64,000 nt of DNA from positions 1,856,001 to 1,920,000 of the forward strand of contig CAXWPH010000015.1 of the NCBI GenBank assembly GCA_963666055.2, given 5' to 3'. The notes beneath the pieces were generated by a model. That model was given only the letters and a program-made list of their open reading frames with translations, was not told where the DNA came from and made no database searches. This DNA is from Acidobacteriota bacterium (GTDB lineage Bacteria; Acidobacteriota; UBA890; WLXD01). Position numbers and translations under genes: made by a program. This document shows, in pieces, positions 1-9,224 of this stretch. Positions within the stretch are counted from its first letter, which is position 1, and the number at the start of each line of letters is the position of its first letter.

Positions 1-214
1 CAATTGCTTCCTCCGCCAACAGGCGCGACTCATGAAACGCAGACACCGAGACCACGGTTCCCATCGCCGGCACTGACTGCGACACCCGCCAGCCGGCGGC
101 AAGCATCTCAGCCTCGATGGTGAGCGGCCCCTCGACGCACTCGAAGCCCATCTGGAGCAAGCCAGCAAGCTTGCGGGCCCGGCGCTGCGAGTCGGTTTCG
201 ACGACGTTCGTCAC
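1..214 (-). CDS. N-terminal part of a probable FAD:protein FMN transferase (ApbE-like), cut by the window edge
   Basis: Manual translation from GTG at 214: MTNVVETDSQ...RVSQSVPAMGTVVSVSAFHESRLLAEEAI. AMGT-x-V-x-V followed by a helix resembles the ApbE N-terminus. Not in the ORF track; start uncertain. Confidence 0.5.
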   Translation of the reverse strand, partial: MTNVVETDSQRRARKLAGLLQMGFECVEGPLTIEAEMLAAGWRVSQSVPAMGTVVSVSAFHESRLLAEEAI

Positions 215-361
215 GATCGGAGGCGAGTCCGGTGGGAAGTTGGGTGAGAGAGTATCAGGCGCGGGTCGTGGCAACAAAAGGAAACCGGACGTGAGTAGCC
301 GTCGTCGTATCAGCTAGACAACGCATGTCGCGTCTGCCCGGCGCCGGCAGGACAGGAGGCT

Positions 362-2812
362 ATGGTGGGTGATTTCGCACGAGATCTGAGGTTCGGAGCC
401 CGACAACTGATCAACAGTCCCGGGTTCACCGTGGCGGCGGTAGCGTGCCTGGCGCTGGGCATCGGAGCCAACACGGCCGCGTTCAGCTTCGTGCGGGCGT
501 TCCTCTACCAGACGGCGCCGATCCGTGAGCCCGAGAGCCTCGTGCGCATGTACCTCAACTACAACAGCGGACTGCAGTTCGGCTCCTGGTCGTACCCCGA
601 CCTGGTGGACATGCGCGCGGCCACCGACGACGTATTCCAGCAGGTCTTGGCCGACACCGTCGGCATCTTCAGCTTCAGCGCCGGCGGCGAGAGCCGCCGT
701 ATCTTCGGCACCTATGTCACTGGAAACTACTTCGACATGCTGGGTGTAGAACCGCAGCTCGGGCGCGGCTTCCTGCCCGAAGAAGATCAGACCGAAGGCA
801 CCCATCCGGTGGCCGTTCTCAGGCATCGATTCTGGAGCGACGCGCTCGGCGCTGATCCGGGAATTCTGGGACGCAGCATACTGCTGAACGGACAGGAGAT
901 CACCGTGATCGGGGTAGCGCCCGCCGCTTATGAAGGTAACAACACCGGCATTCGGACCGAGCTTTGGATCCCGTTCAGCATGGAGCCTGCGTTGACACCT
1001 TCGGGTTCCAACCTCGAGCGTCGCGGCAATCATTGGATCCAGTCAGCCACCGGCCGGCTGCGGCCTGGTGTCACGATGCAGCAGGCCAAATCGGCACTCG
1101 ACGCCTTGTACGTGGATCTGCAGGAGCTCTACCCGGATACCAATACCGCCATCACGGTCGATTTCTATCCGGAGAGCAAGGCGGCGCTGCACCCTGCGAT
1201 TCGCGGCGGGTTCGTCGCCATGCTGTCGTTGTTGTCTGGCGTCGTCGGCTTCGTGTTGCTGCTGGCCTGCGCCAACGTCGCCGGCCTACTGGTGGCGCGG
1301 TCGACCGCCCGGACGCGCGAGGTGGGCATCCGTCTGGCGCTGGGCGCCGGCAGGGGACGACTGATTCGTCAGCTGCTGACCGAAAGCGCCGTGTTATCGC
1401 TGCTCGGCGGGGCGCTCGGTGTGCTCCTGGGCTTGGCTCTCATCGGCCTGCTCAAGTCATTTCAACCCCCCACCGGGGTGCCGCTGCGGATCGATGTCGG
1501 GATGGACGCCACCGTGCTGGCGTTCACGTTCCTGGTCACGGCGGCCACCGGGCTGGTTTTCGGGTTGGCGCCGGCGATCACCTCCACCCGGCAAGATCTG
1601 GTAGTCGCGTTGAAGGACGGCGCGCCCGGCTCTGGAGGGCGCTCGACGCGCTTGCGCGACGCTCTCGTCGTCGGCCAGGTGGCCCTGTGCTTGGTGCTGC
1701 TGATCGCCGCCGGGATGGTGCTGCGAAGTCTGCAGCAAGTGCAGCGTCTGGATCTGGGCTTCAACCCGGAGAGGCTGATTCACGCCAGCGTCGACCCGGC
1801 ACTGCAAGGTTACCCGGTGGAGGAGCTCGACGGCTTCTTCGACGAGCTGCGTGCGGACCTACTGGCACAGCCCGGCATCGAAGCGGTGGGCTATTCGCGG
1901 GCGACGCCGCTGTCGCTGATGTCGCGCACGCGCGACGTGTTGCCCGAGGGATACGAGATTCCGGAAGGACAGGACTGGCCCAGCCTCGACTACAACGAGG
2001 TCGATCACGGCTACTTCGCCGCTATGGGAATCCCGATCTTGCGCGGCCGGTCATTCGCCGCTGAAGACGGCCGCGATGCGGCGCCCGTGGCAGTGATCAA
2101 CCAAGCGTTCGCCGACCGCTTCTGGCCCCGCGACACCGCGGTCGGCAAGCGGATCCGTAGTGGCGGCCAGGAGCGGGAGATTATCGGCGTCGTGCCGACC
2201 GGCAAGTACTTCAGCCTCGGCGAGGATCCGAAGCCCTACTTCTATGGCGCTCGAGCCCAGGAGTACCGTGGCGAGCTGACCTTTGTGCACGTGCGCACCG
2301 CTGGCGATGCCGCTGCCGCCCTCGAAACCGTACGCCGAACCTTCCAACGCCGTGATCCGACGATGCCGGTAACCGATCTGAATACCGGGCACGGCAGCCT
2401 GGGGCTGGCGTTCTTGCCGGCGCGCCTCGCCGCCGGCGTGGTCTCGGCGTTCGCCGGCCTGGCGTTGCTACTGGCGGCGGTCGGGCTCTACGGTGTGATC
2501 TCCTTTGCTGTGGCACAGGGTTTCCGCGAGATCGGCATCCGCATGGCGGTCTGAGCTCGGGCCGTTGACGTGATTCGAGCCGTGATGCTGCACGGTGCTC
2601 GGTTGACGCTCGTCGGGCTCGTGCTTGGCGTGGCCGGCGGACTTCTGCTGTCGCGTGTCGCAACCACGGTGCTGTATGGCGTCAGCGCCACCGACTTCGC
2701 TGCCTACGGTGTCGGGGTGCTGGTCTTGGGGGTGACCGCCGCGGCGGCGAGCTTCGTCCCGGCGCTGAGGGCAACACGCATCGATCCGCTGGTGGCGTTG
2801 CGTACCGATTAG
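362..2812 (+). pseudogene. ADOP-type (MacB/FtsX-like duplicated) ABC permease with one in-frame TGA at 2552-2554
   Basis: DLRFGARQL..SPGFT..AVACLALGIGANTAAFS start, LLLACANVA, REVGIRLALGAGRGRL and RIDPLVALR end. ORFs 362..2554 and 2570..2812 are in the same frame and read GIRMAV*ARAVDVIRAV. SD GGAGG upstream. Confidence 0.8.
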
Positions 2813-2899
2813 GTGGCTGGCCGACCGAGGGGCCTGTTGGCTGGCGTGGGTCTGCGCTAGTGCGTTCTCCGCAACATCAGGCTGCATGCGCACGTCTCC

Positions 2900-2961
2900 T
2901 ATACATATTTATATGTATATATAGAATGTTGTGGCTAATTTATGCATACTAATCTGTATGC
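2900..2961 (+). promoter_or_regulatory. AT-rich vapBC promoter/operator with two inverted repeats
   Basis: TATACATA-ttta-TATGTATA (2900-2919) and GCATAC-taatct-GTATGC (2944-2961, overlapping the ATG); -10-like TAGAAT and CATACT. Antitoxins typically autorepress at such palindromes. Confidence 0.6.
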
Positions 2962-3155
2962 GAACGACCCTGAATATCGATGACACCCTGCTACGACAGG
3001 CCCGCGAGCTAACCGGCATCCGCGAGAAGACCGCGCTGGTGCGGGCCGGTCTCGAAGCGTTGATTGCTCGCGAGAGCGCTCGGCGCCTGGCAAAGCTCGG
3101 GGGATCGGAAAAGGCCATCGAGCTCATCCCACCCCGACGCCCACGCGGCGGCTGA
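2958..3155 (+). CDS. vapB: VapB-family type II antitoxin
   Basis: MRTTLNIDDTLLRQARELTGIREKTALVRAGLEALIARESARRLAKLGGS; directly upstream of a PIN toxin. Confidence 0.9.
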   Translation: MRTTLNIDDTLLRQARELTGIREKTALVRAGLEALIARESARRLAKLGGSEKAIELIPPRRPRGG

Positions 3156-3159
3156 CGGT

Positions 3160-3519
3160 ATGGTGCTGGCGGACACCTCGATCTGGGTACGCCACCTGCG
3201 GCTCGGGGATCTAGATCTGATGCGCCTGCTGCGCGCCGAACGGGTGCTGACCCACCCCTTCGTGCTCACCGAGCTCGGAACCCGCACGTTGGATCACCGT
3301 GATGAGATCCTGAGACTATTGCAAACACTGCCGCACGCCGTGGTGGCCGACACTGGCGAGGTCGATCGACTGATCGACGTGCGGGCGCTGGCCGGCAGGG
3401 GGCTAGGTTTGGTCGATGTTCATCTGTTGGCGTCGGCGCTACTCAGCGATGCGCGCCTGTGGAGCTCTGACCGGCGTCTGAGCGAAGTCGCCGCCGAGCT
3501 CGATGTCGGCATCGAATAA
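3160..3519 (+). CDS. vapC: VapC PIN-domain toxin
   Basis: MVLADTSIW...HPFVLTEL...GLGLVDVHLLASA...LWSSDRRL; PIN acidic residues present. Confidence 0.9.
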   Translation: MVLADTSIWVRHLRLGDLDLMRLLRAERVLTHPFVLTELGTRTLDHRDEILRLLQTLPHAVVADTGEVDRLIDVRALAGRGLGLVDVHLLASALLSDARLWSSDRRLSEVAAELDVGIE

Positions 3520-3577
3520 CTCTCCGCCGGCGACAGACTCGGCGCGGCGGCGAACCGAGGAACGGCAGTTCAGGCGC

Positions 3578-5008
3578 TCACTGGCCTGTCTCGCCCGCCC
3601 GCGCGGCGATCGCCTGGAGCTTCTCCTGGATCTCTTCTTCACCGATCCATCGGCCGCTGACCACTACGCCGGAGCGGTCGGCGAAGTTGCTCACGTCATC
3701 GGTCGGATCGGCGTTCAGCAACACCAGGTCGGCGCGGCGGCCGACCGTCACAGAGCCGTAGTCGTCGGTAGCGCCATAGAATTGCGCTACCGCCTGCGTA
3801 CCCGCGAACAGCACATCGTAGGGACTCAACCCAGATTCCACCATCAGCGCCATCTCGTGGTGGATCGAGAACCCGGGCACGCTGAAGATCTGCGGCGAGT
3901 CGGTACCCAGCAGCACCGGTACGCCCGCGTCGTGGAGCGCCTTCAGCACGCGACGCCGTAGCGACAAGATGTTCGCTACGGCCTCGCGATCTTCGCCGAG
4001 TTGCTTGACCCGCTGGTTGGTTCCGTCCACCCAGCCATCTACCATGTCGGACGGCATGTAGCGAGTCTCGGGGCGCACCTCCAACCACTCCTCGCCGGTG
4101 CGGGCACCGAAGAGCACCTCCCAGAGCGCCATGGTGGGCACGACGCCTGCGTCGGCCTCGACAGTCGCGGCTACCGCCTCGGCAATCTTGGTATCGTCAA
4201 TGTCGCCCGCCAACTGACCGAGGTCGAAGAGGCCCAGATCTGCCACAGCGCGCTGATCGTCGATGAGCGCCTCCAGGTAGCCGTCCAAGTGGTCGATCGT
4301 CAGCTGGCCCTTATCTAGCGCGTGATACAGCCCCACGTGGTTGGTGACGTGCCCCGAGAAGCTGATGCCGATTTCGTTGGCGGCGTCCGCGATGGCGTCG
4401 TAGACCTCGCGGCTGAGACCCTCATGCACCTTGAGATGGTCGAACCCGGCGGCACTAGCGCTTCGCACCAGCTCGACTGCTTGGTCGGGCTCGGTCACGT
4501 TCTCGCCGTGCAGCATCGGCGCGCTGACCAGGATTCGCGGCCCGACGAGCTCGCCGCGGGCCAACGACTCCCGTAGCGGCAAGTGCTGCGGGCCCCCCTG
4601 CATGCCACGAACCAACGTGACTCCATTGGCAACGTAGAGAAACAGGATGTCGCGCGTGAACTGTCCCTCGGCGTCCTGTGGGTAGTGCCCGTGCATCTCG
4701 ACCACGCCGGGCATCAAGTACTTACCCGCTGCATCGACCACGGTTGTCTCCGGAGCGAACCCTAGTGCTCCGGTTGCCTCCACGGCAACGATGCGCTCCC
4801 CAGCGACCACCACCGTCTGGTCGACGAGCCGTTCGGTACCATCCATGGGCAGGACGGTGACGTGTGTGATCGCCAGGTTGCCTTCGGCAATCGGCAGCCT
4901 CGCTTCACCGGCACAGGCGCCGATCACGATGCTAGCGAGCAGCGCGGTACATCGGCCAGCAACTGTGGAAAGGCGAGCCCGGCGGTTCGAGGTCAAGAAC
5001 GGCCTCAT
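3578..5008 (-). CDS. Exported (lipoprotein-like) amidohydrolase family protein
   Basis: GKYLMPGVVEMHGH, GHV, TIDH, LLGTDSP, GRRADLVLL motifs; signal ending IVIGAC; SD GGAG before ATG 5008. Confidence 0.85.
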   Translation of the reverse strand: MRPFLTSNRRARLSTVAGRCTALLASIVIGACAGEARLPIAEGNLAITHVTVLPMDGTERLVDQTVVVAGERIVAVEATGALGFAPETTVVDAAGKYLMPGVVEMHGHYPQDAEGQFTRDILFLYVANGVTLVRGMQGGPQHLPLRESLARGELVGPRILVSAPMLHGENVTEPDQAVELVRSASAAGFDHLKVHEGLSREVYDAIADAANEIGISFSGHVTNHVGLYHALDKGQLTIDHLDGYLEALIDDQRAVADLGLFDLGQLAGDIDDTKIAEAVAATVEADAGVVPTMALWEVLFGARTGEEWLEVRPETRYMPSDMVDGWVDGTNQRVKQLGEDREAVANILSLRRRVLKALHDAGVPVLLGTDSPQIFSVPGFSIHHEMALMVESGLSPYDVLFAGTQAVAQFYGATDDYGSVTVGRRADLVLLNADPTDDVSNFADRSGVVVSGRWIGEEEIQEKLQAIAARAGETGQ

Positions 5009-5054
5009 GGTCAAGCTCCCGTTGTCAACCCGCCGTCTCTCGGGGACTACGCCT

Positions 5055-5915
5055 CTACTGCTCCCCCTGGGCGACCTGCTCCGGCTCGGCTTCCTCGTCC
5101 GCTGCCTCCGCCTCATCGGCTGCGGGCGCGGGCATAACGGCAGCGACTTGTTCAGCCATCCAGGCATCGAAATCCGCTTGCTCGTGGATGGTGTAGAAGC
5201 CACGCATGCGGTAGTGGCCGAGGCCGCAGAGCTGTGCGCAGGTGATCTCCCAGCAGGTCTTGTCGCCGGCGCAGGCCGGATACACGGACTCCTGCGGCGT
5301 CACCATGATCGGGGTGAAGTGCACCGGGATCATGAGACCGGGGATGATGTCCTGCTTCACACGCATCTGCTGCAGGGCGAAGCTGTGGATCACGTCCTTC
5401 GAGGACAACAGCAGCGTGACCGGTCGATCTACCGGCAGATGCAGCTGGTTGGTCGAGATCACATCGTCGACCGCATAGGAGTCCGAGCGGTCGATCCCGA
5501 TGGTGTTGGTCGGCGTAATGAACTCGAGGCCGGTACGACCGAAGACACCGTCGGGTCCGCTGTAGTGAATGTTCCACAGGAACTGCTCGGCAACCACCCG
5601 CACCTCGAGTGCGTCACCGTCGGCCGGCGTTGCGACCCAGCTCGCCCACGCCGGGATGGCGAAGAAAACCAGCAACACCACCTCGATGACGGCAACGCCG
5701 ATCTCGACGTACCGCGAGAAGTGGCTGGTGGCCCCTTTGTAGCTGGCGCGAGGATTGGCGCCGGCGCGGAAACGAAATACGGCGTAAGCGAAGTAGGCCC
5801 CCCAGCCGACGAACAAGATCGCCATCACCCAGTGCACCAGCGCCGACATCTCGTCCAGCACCTGTCCATGGGCCGCACCGTTTGGCGGCATCCATTGCTG
5901 CAATAGCGAGAGCAT
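5055..5915 (-). CDS. coxB: Cytochrome c oxidase subunit II (CuA)
   Basis: Two TM helices, DVIHSF and CAQLCGLGHYRM CuA ligands; no fused cytochrome c. Confidence 0.93.
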   Translation of the reverse strand: MLSLLQQWMPPNGAAHGQVLDEMSALVHWVMAILFVGWGAYFAYAVFRFRAGANPRASYKGATSHFSRYVEIGVAVIEVVLLVFFAIPAWASWVATPADGDALEVRVVAEQFLWNIHYSGPDGVFGRTGLEFITPTNTIGIDRSDSYAVDDVISTNQLHLPVDRPVTLLLSSKDVIHSFALQQMRVKQDIIPGLMIPVHFTPIMVTPQESVYPACAGDKTCWEITCAQLCGLGHYRMRGFYTIHEQADFDAWMAEQVAAVMPAPAADEAEAADEEAEPEQVAQGEQ

Positions 5916-6179
5916 TTACTGCACGCCTCCGTCGATCACCTTGAAGCTCTCCCGGCGTTCGCGCAGCAGCTTGCCGCGGCGCCATATGCCCACGAACAGC
6001 GCTACGAAGCCGATCTGAACGACGCCGACCACGGCCAGCATCGACAAGATACCGTTGTTGATGCCGCGCGCCGCCGGACCGCCGATATCGCCATAGCAGA
6101 CCGGGCACGCTGCCGCGACGGCCGGAACGAGCGCCGCCGAAGCGGCCAGCATCACGATCAAAGCCACCCGGCGAAGCAT
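5916..6179 (-). CDS. Small exported/membrane protein with CxxC (ACPVCYG), cox-operon associated
   Basis: Signal-peptide-like N-terminus, AAA-CPVC, one TM helix; abuts coxB. Confidence 0.75.
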   Translation of the reverse strand: MLRRVALIVMLAASAALVPAVAAACPVCYGDIGGPAARGINNGILSMLAVVGVVQIGFVALFVGIWRRGKLLRERRESFKVIDGGVQ

Positions 6180-6382
6180 CAGATTCCCAGCTCCCGGATC
6201 TTGCGTACGAACCGTACTCCGTAGGCCACCAGGAATATGCCGCTGGCGTAAAACACCACAGCTAACGACAGGTCACCGGTCTGAGCGGAGAGTCGATACT
6301 GCTGCAGCGCCCAGGCGCCGACCATGAAGCAGAGGATGATCGAAGCGCAGATGAACACGACGTGAAACGACTTCAGCGACAT
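6179..6382 (-). CDS. Small two-TM membrane protein, cox-operon associated
   Basis: MSLKSFHVVFICASII...; two hydrophobic segments; coupled to both neighbours. Confidence 0.75.
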   Translation of the reverse strand: MSLKSFHVVFICASIILCFMVGAWALQQYRLSAQTGDLSLAVVFYASGIFLVAYGVRFVRKIRELGI

Positions 6383-6383
6383 C

Positions 6384-6731
6384 TCAATGCTCCGCCGGGG
6401 ACGCCGGCGCAGCCCCGTGGATCGGTTCACCGGTCGTGTCGGCTATGGTCCCCGCCGGCAGGCCCATTAGCACGACGAAGAACGCCAAGGTCAGCAGCAG
6501 GATGCTGTAGATGAGCTTCTTCTCGTCGAGCAGGTGCATGAAGTATCCGGCAACCAGCGACCCCTTGACGGTGGCGATAATCATCGCCAGGGTTATCGCC
6601 AAGCCGGACGTCAGGTCGAGGTAGCTGACCCCCACGGTCACTCCCGTCAGCACCGCCAGCGCGCCGAAGACCATGAAGTACTTGCGCACTTCCTGGTGGA
6701 TTTCGTCCGGGCTGTGGCCGCTCATCGGCAC
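6384..6731 (-). CDS. Cytochrome c oxidase subunit IV (caa3/CtaF type)
   Basis: YFMVFGALAVLT...IATVKGSLVAGYFMHL signature. Confidence 0.88.
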   Translation of the reverse strand: MPMSGHSPDEIHQEVRKYFMVFGALAVLTGVTVGVSYLDLTSGLAITLAMIIATVKGSLVAGYFMHLLDEKKLIYSILLLTLAFFVVLMGLPAGTIADTTGEPIHGAAPASPAEH

Positions 6732-6734
6732 TCC

Positions 6735-7319
6735 CTAAAGCAGGTACAGGGCAGGAAACAGGAAGATCCACACCAGATCGACGAAGTGCCAGTAAAGGCC
6801 GAACGTCTCGACGCGATTCGTGAACCGCTCGGGCGCCGTGTTCCACATCTTGGCGCCAGGACCTAGGAGGTAGGCGATCACGATCATGCCGCCGAGCACG
6901 TGCAGCCCATGGAGGCCGGTCATGGTGAAGTACACCGCCATGAAGTTGTTGGTGGCGGGATACAGACCGTGGGTGAATTCGGAGTTGTACTCGAAGCCCT
7001 TGACCACCATGAACGCCGTGGCGAGCAGGAAGGTCAGGATGCCGTACAACTTGAATTTGGCGTAATTGTTGAGGCGCAGCGACGCCCACGCCAGCACCAC
7101 GGTCACCGACGAGGTGATCAGAAACATGGTGTTCAGCGTCGCCATCGGCACGTTGAGGTCGGCGTGGTACCAGTTGGGGTCGCTGGTCCTGAGCAGGATG
7201 TACGACGAGAACAGCGCCCCGAAAAGCATCACCTCGGAGGCCAGAAACAACCAGATCCCGAGCTTGGCGTTGTAAAGGCCGGTGTCGGGCCGCGGTTCGA
7301 CTGTGTAGGGGATATCCAT
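6735..7319 (-). CDS. coxC: Cytochrome c oxidase subunit III
   Basis: GIWLFLASEVMLFGALF, TGLHGLHV, GLYWHFVDLVWIFLF. Confidence 0.93.
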   Translation of the reverse strand: MDIPYTVEPRPDTGLYNAKLGIWLFLASEVMLFGALFSSYILLRTSDPNWYHADLNVPMATLNTMFLITSSVTVVLAWASLRLNNYAKFKLYGILTFLLATAFMVVKGFEYNSEFTHGLYPATNNFMAVYFTMTGLHGLHVLGGMIVIAYLLGPGAKMWNTAPERFTNRVETFGLYWHFVDLVWIFLFPALYLL

Positions 7320-7322
7320 CGC

Positions 7323-9119
7323 CTATCCGCCCTGCGGCGCCGTCGCCGCATCCTGAGCGATGAAGCTGTCCTCTGCACCCGGCGCACTGTACTCGTAGGG
7401 ACCCCGGTACACCCTCGGCAGGGTCTCGAAGTTGCCGTGTCCGAGCGGCGGTGAGGTGGTGGCCGTCCACTCGATTGTGGTGGCCTCCCACGGGTTCGCC
7501 GTCGCCCGTTTGCCGCGGAAGATGCTCCACAGGAAGTTGACGATGAAGAGGATCTGCGCCGCTGCCAGCAGGAACGCCGAGTACGAGATGAAGGTGTTCC
7601 AGTGCAGCACGGGCTGGACGTGCGAGTACTGGGCGCCACCGTCGTACAGCCGCCGTGACACGCCGGCCAGCCCCTGCAGGAACATCGGTGCGAAGATGCA
7701 GTTGATGAAGACCAGCGACGCCCAGAAGTGCAGCTTGCCAAGCACTTCGTTCATCATCCGGCCGGTAATCTTCGGGAACCAGTAGTAGATGCCGGCGAAG
7801 ATGCCGAAGATGGTTCCGGGCGCCACGACGTAGTGGAAGTGCCCGATCACGTAGTAGGTGTCGTGTAGGTGGATATCAGCTGGCGCCAGACCGAGCGGTA
7901 GCCCGGTGAGCCCGCCAATGCCGAACATGGGCAGGAAAGCCAGCGCGAACAACATCGGCGTATTGAAGCGGATCGAGGCACCCCACAGAGAGATCAGCAA
8001 GGCCGTCAAGATCACCACCGACGGGATCGAGATGATCATTGTGGTGGTCTGAAAAAAGGCGCTGATCACCGTGCCCATGCCGGTCATGAACATGTGGTGC
8101 GCCCACACGATGAAGGACATGAAGCCGAGAAACACCGTCGAGTACACCAGAGCTTTGTAGCCCCAGAGCGGCTTGCGGGTGTTGTTGGCGATGATCTCGG
8201 CGACGATGCCCATCGCCGGCAGGATCAGCACGTAGACCTCGGGGTGGGCCAGGAACCAGAACAGATGCTGCCACAGCAGCACCGAGCCACCACCGGCGTA
8301 CTCGAGAATCTGCCCCGATACATAGAGCCCACTGGGCATGAAGAAGCTGGTGCCGGCGAGGCGGTCCATGAGCTGCATCGCACCCGCCGCCTCGAGCGGC
8401 GGGAACGCCAGCACGAGCAAGAACGAGGTGACCAGCTGCGCCCAGACGAAGAACGGCAGCCGCATCCAGGTCATCCCCGGCGCGCGCAGCTGGAAGATGG
8501 TCACGATGAAGTTCATCGAGCCGAGCAGCGACGAGTTGATCAAGCAGATCATGCCGATCAGCCACCCCGTCTGTCCCATCGTGGCAATGATCGAGAGCGG
8601 TGCGTATGAGGTCCAGCCCGAGTTCGCCGCACCGCCGGGAAGGAAGAAGCTCGCCAGCATGACCACGCCACCGACGAAGTAGAACCAGTAGCTCGCCATG
8701 TTGAGCTTCGGGAAGGCCATGTCGGGGGCGCCGATCTGCAGCGGCACGATGTAGTTGCCGAAGGCGCCGACGATCATCGGCACCACGCCGAGGAACACCA
8801 TGATGGTGCCGTGCATGGCGCCGAGCTGGTTGTAGAACTCCGGCAGCATGATGCCGCCCGGTGCGTTTGCCTGGCCTAGGAAGCCGCCGATGATGGGTAT
8901 GGGCGCGCCAGGGGAGGCCAGCTGCCAGCGCATCATCAGCATCAAGCAGAAGCCGAACAACAGGAAGAACAGGGAGGTCAGGCCGTACTGGATCCCGATC
9001 GTCTTGTGATCGGTCGAGAAGACGTACTTCCAGATGAAGCTCTCGTCGTGATGCTCGCCATGTGCGTGGGCGTCATCGTGCCCAGCTTCGTCGACGAACC
9101 TCTCCTCGGGGATGCTCAT
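7323..9119 (-). CDS. coxA: Cytochrome c oxidase subunit I (A-family heme-copper oxidase)
   Basis: STDHKTIG, MHGTIM, FWFLAHPEVY, WAHHMF, HDTYYVIGHFHY, RR motif. Confidence 0.96.
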   Translation of the reverse strand: MSIPEERFVDEAGHDDAHAHGEHHDESFIWKYVFSTDHKTIGIQYGLTSLFFLLFGFCLMLMMRWQLASPGAPIPIIGGFLGQANAPGGIMLPEFYNQLGAMHGTIMVFLGVVPMIVGAFGNYIVPLQIGAPDMAFPKLNMASYWFYFVGGVVMLASFFLPGGAANSGWTSYAPLSIIATMGQTGWLIGMICLINSSLLGSMNFIVTIFQLRAPGMTWMRLPFFVWAQLVTSFLLVLAFPPLEAAGAMQLMDRLAGTSFFMPSGLYVSGQILEYAGGGSVLLWQHLFWFLAHPEVYVLILPAMGIVAEIIANNTRKPLWGYKALVYSTVFLGFMSFIVWAHHMFMTGMGTVISAFFQTTTMIISIPSVVILTALLISLWGASIRFNTPMLFALAFLPMFGIGGLTGLPLGLAPADIHLHDTYYVIGHFHYVVAPGTIFGIFAGIYYWFPKITGRMMNEVLGKLHFWASLVFINCIFAPMFLQGLAGVSRRLYDGGAQYSHVQPVLHWNTFISYSAFLLAAAQILFIVNFLWSIFRGKRATANPWEATTIEWTATTSPPLGHGNFETLPRVYRGPYEYSAPGAEDSFIAQDAATAPQGG

Positions 9120-9169
9120 CAGCGCATCTCGCCTCGTGCGGTGGGACTAGACCAAAACAGAGTTACGGG

Positions 9170-9198
9170 AGCTTACGACAGCTCCGTCAGAGGAGCAA
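9170..9198 (-). promoter_or_regulatory. Sigma70-like promoter of the cox operon
   Basis: Minus strand TTGCTC-N17-TAAGCT, about 50 nt upstream of coxA; inverted repeats overlap it. Confidence 0.5.
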
Positions 9199-9224
9199 TT
9201 CGAGCCTTTTCTGCAACTCTGATG

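Noticed and set aside
2552-2554. TGA reassigned to Gly (code 25) or to selenocysteine
   Set aside because: TGA ends many genes here at their expected C-termini (clpX, rpmA, hslV, hslU). The position is a Gly in a membrane protein and no SECIS-like hairpin is evident.
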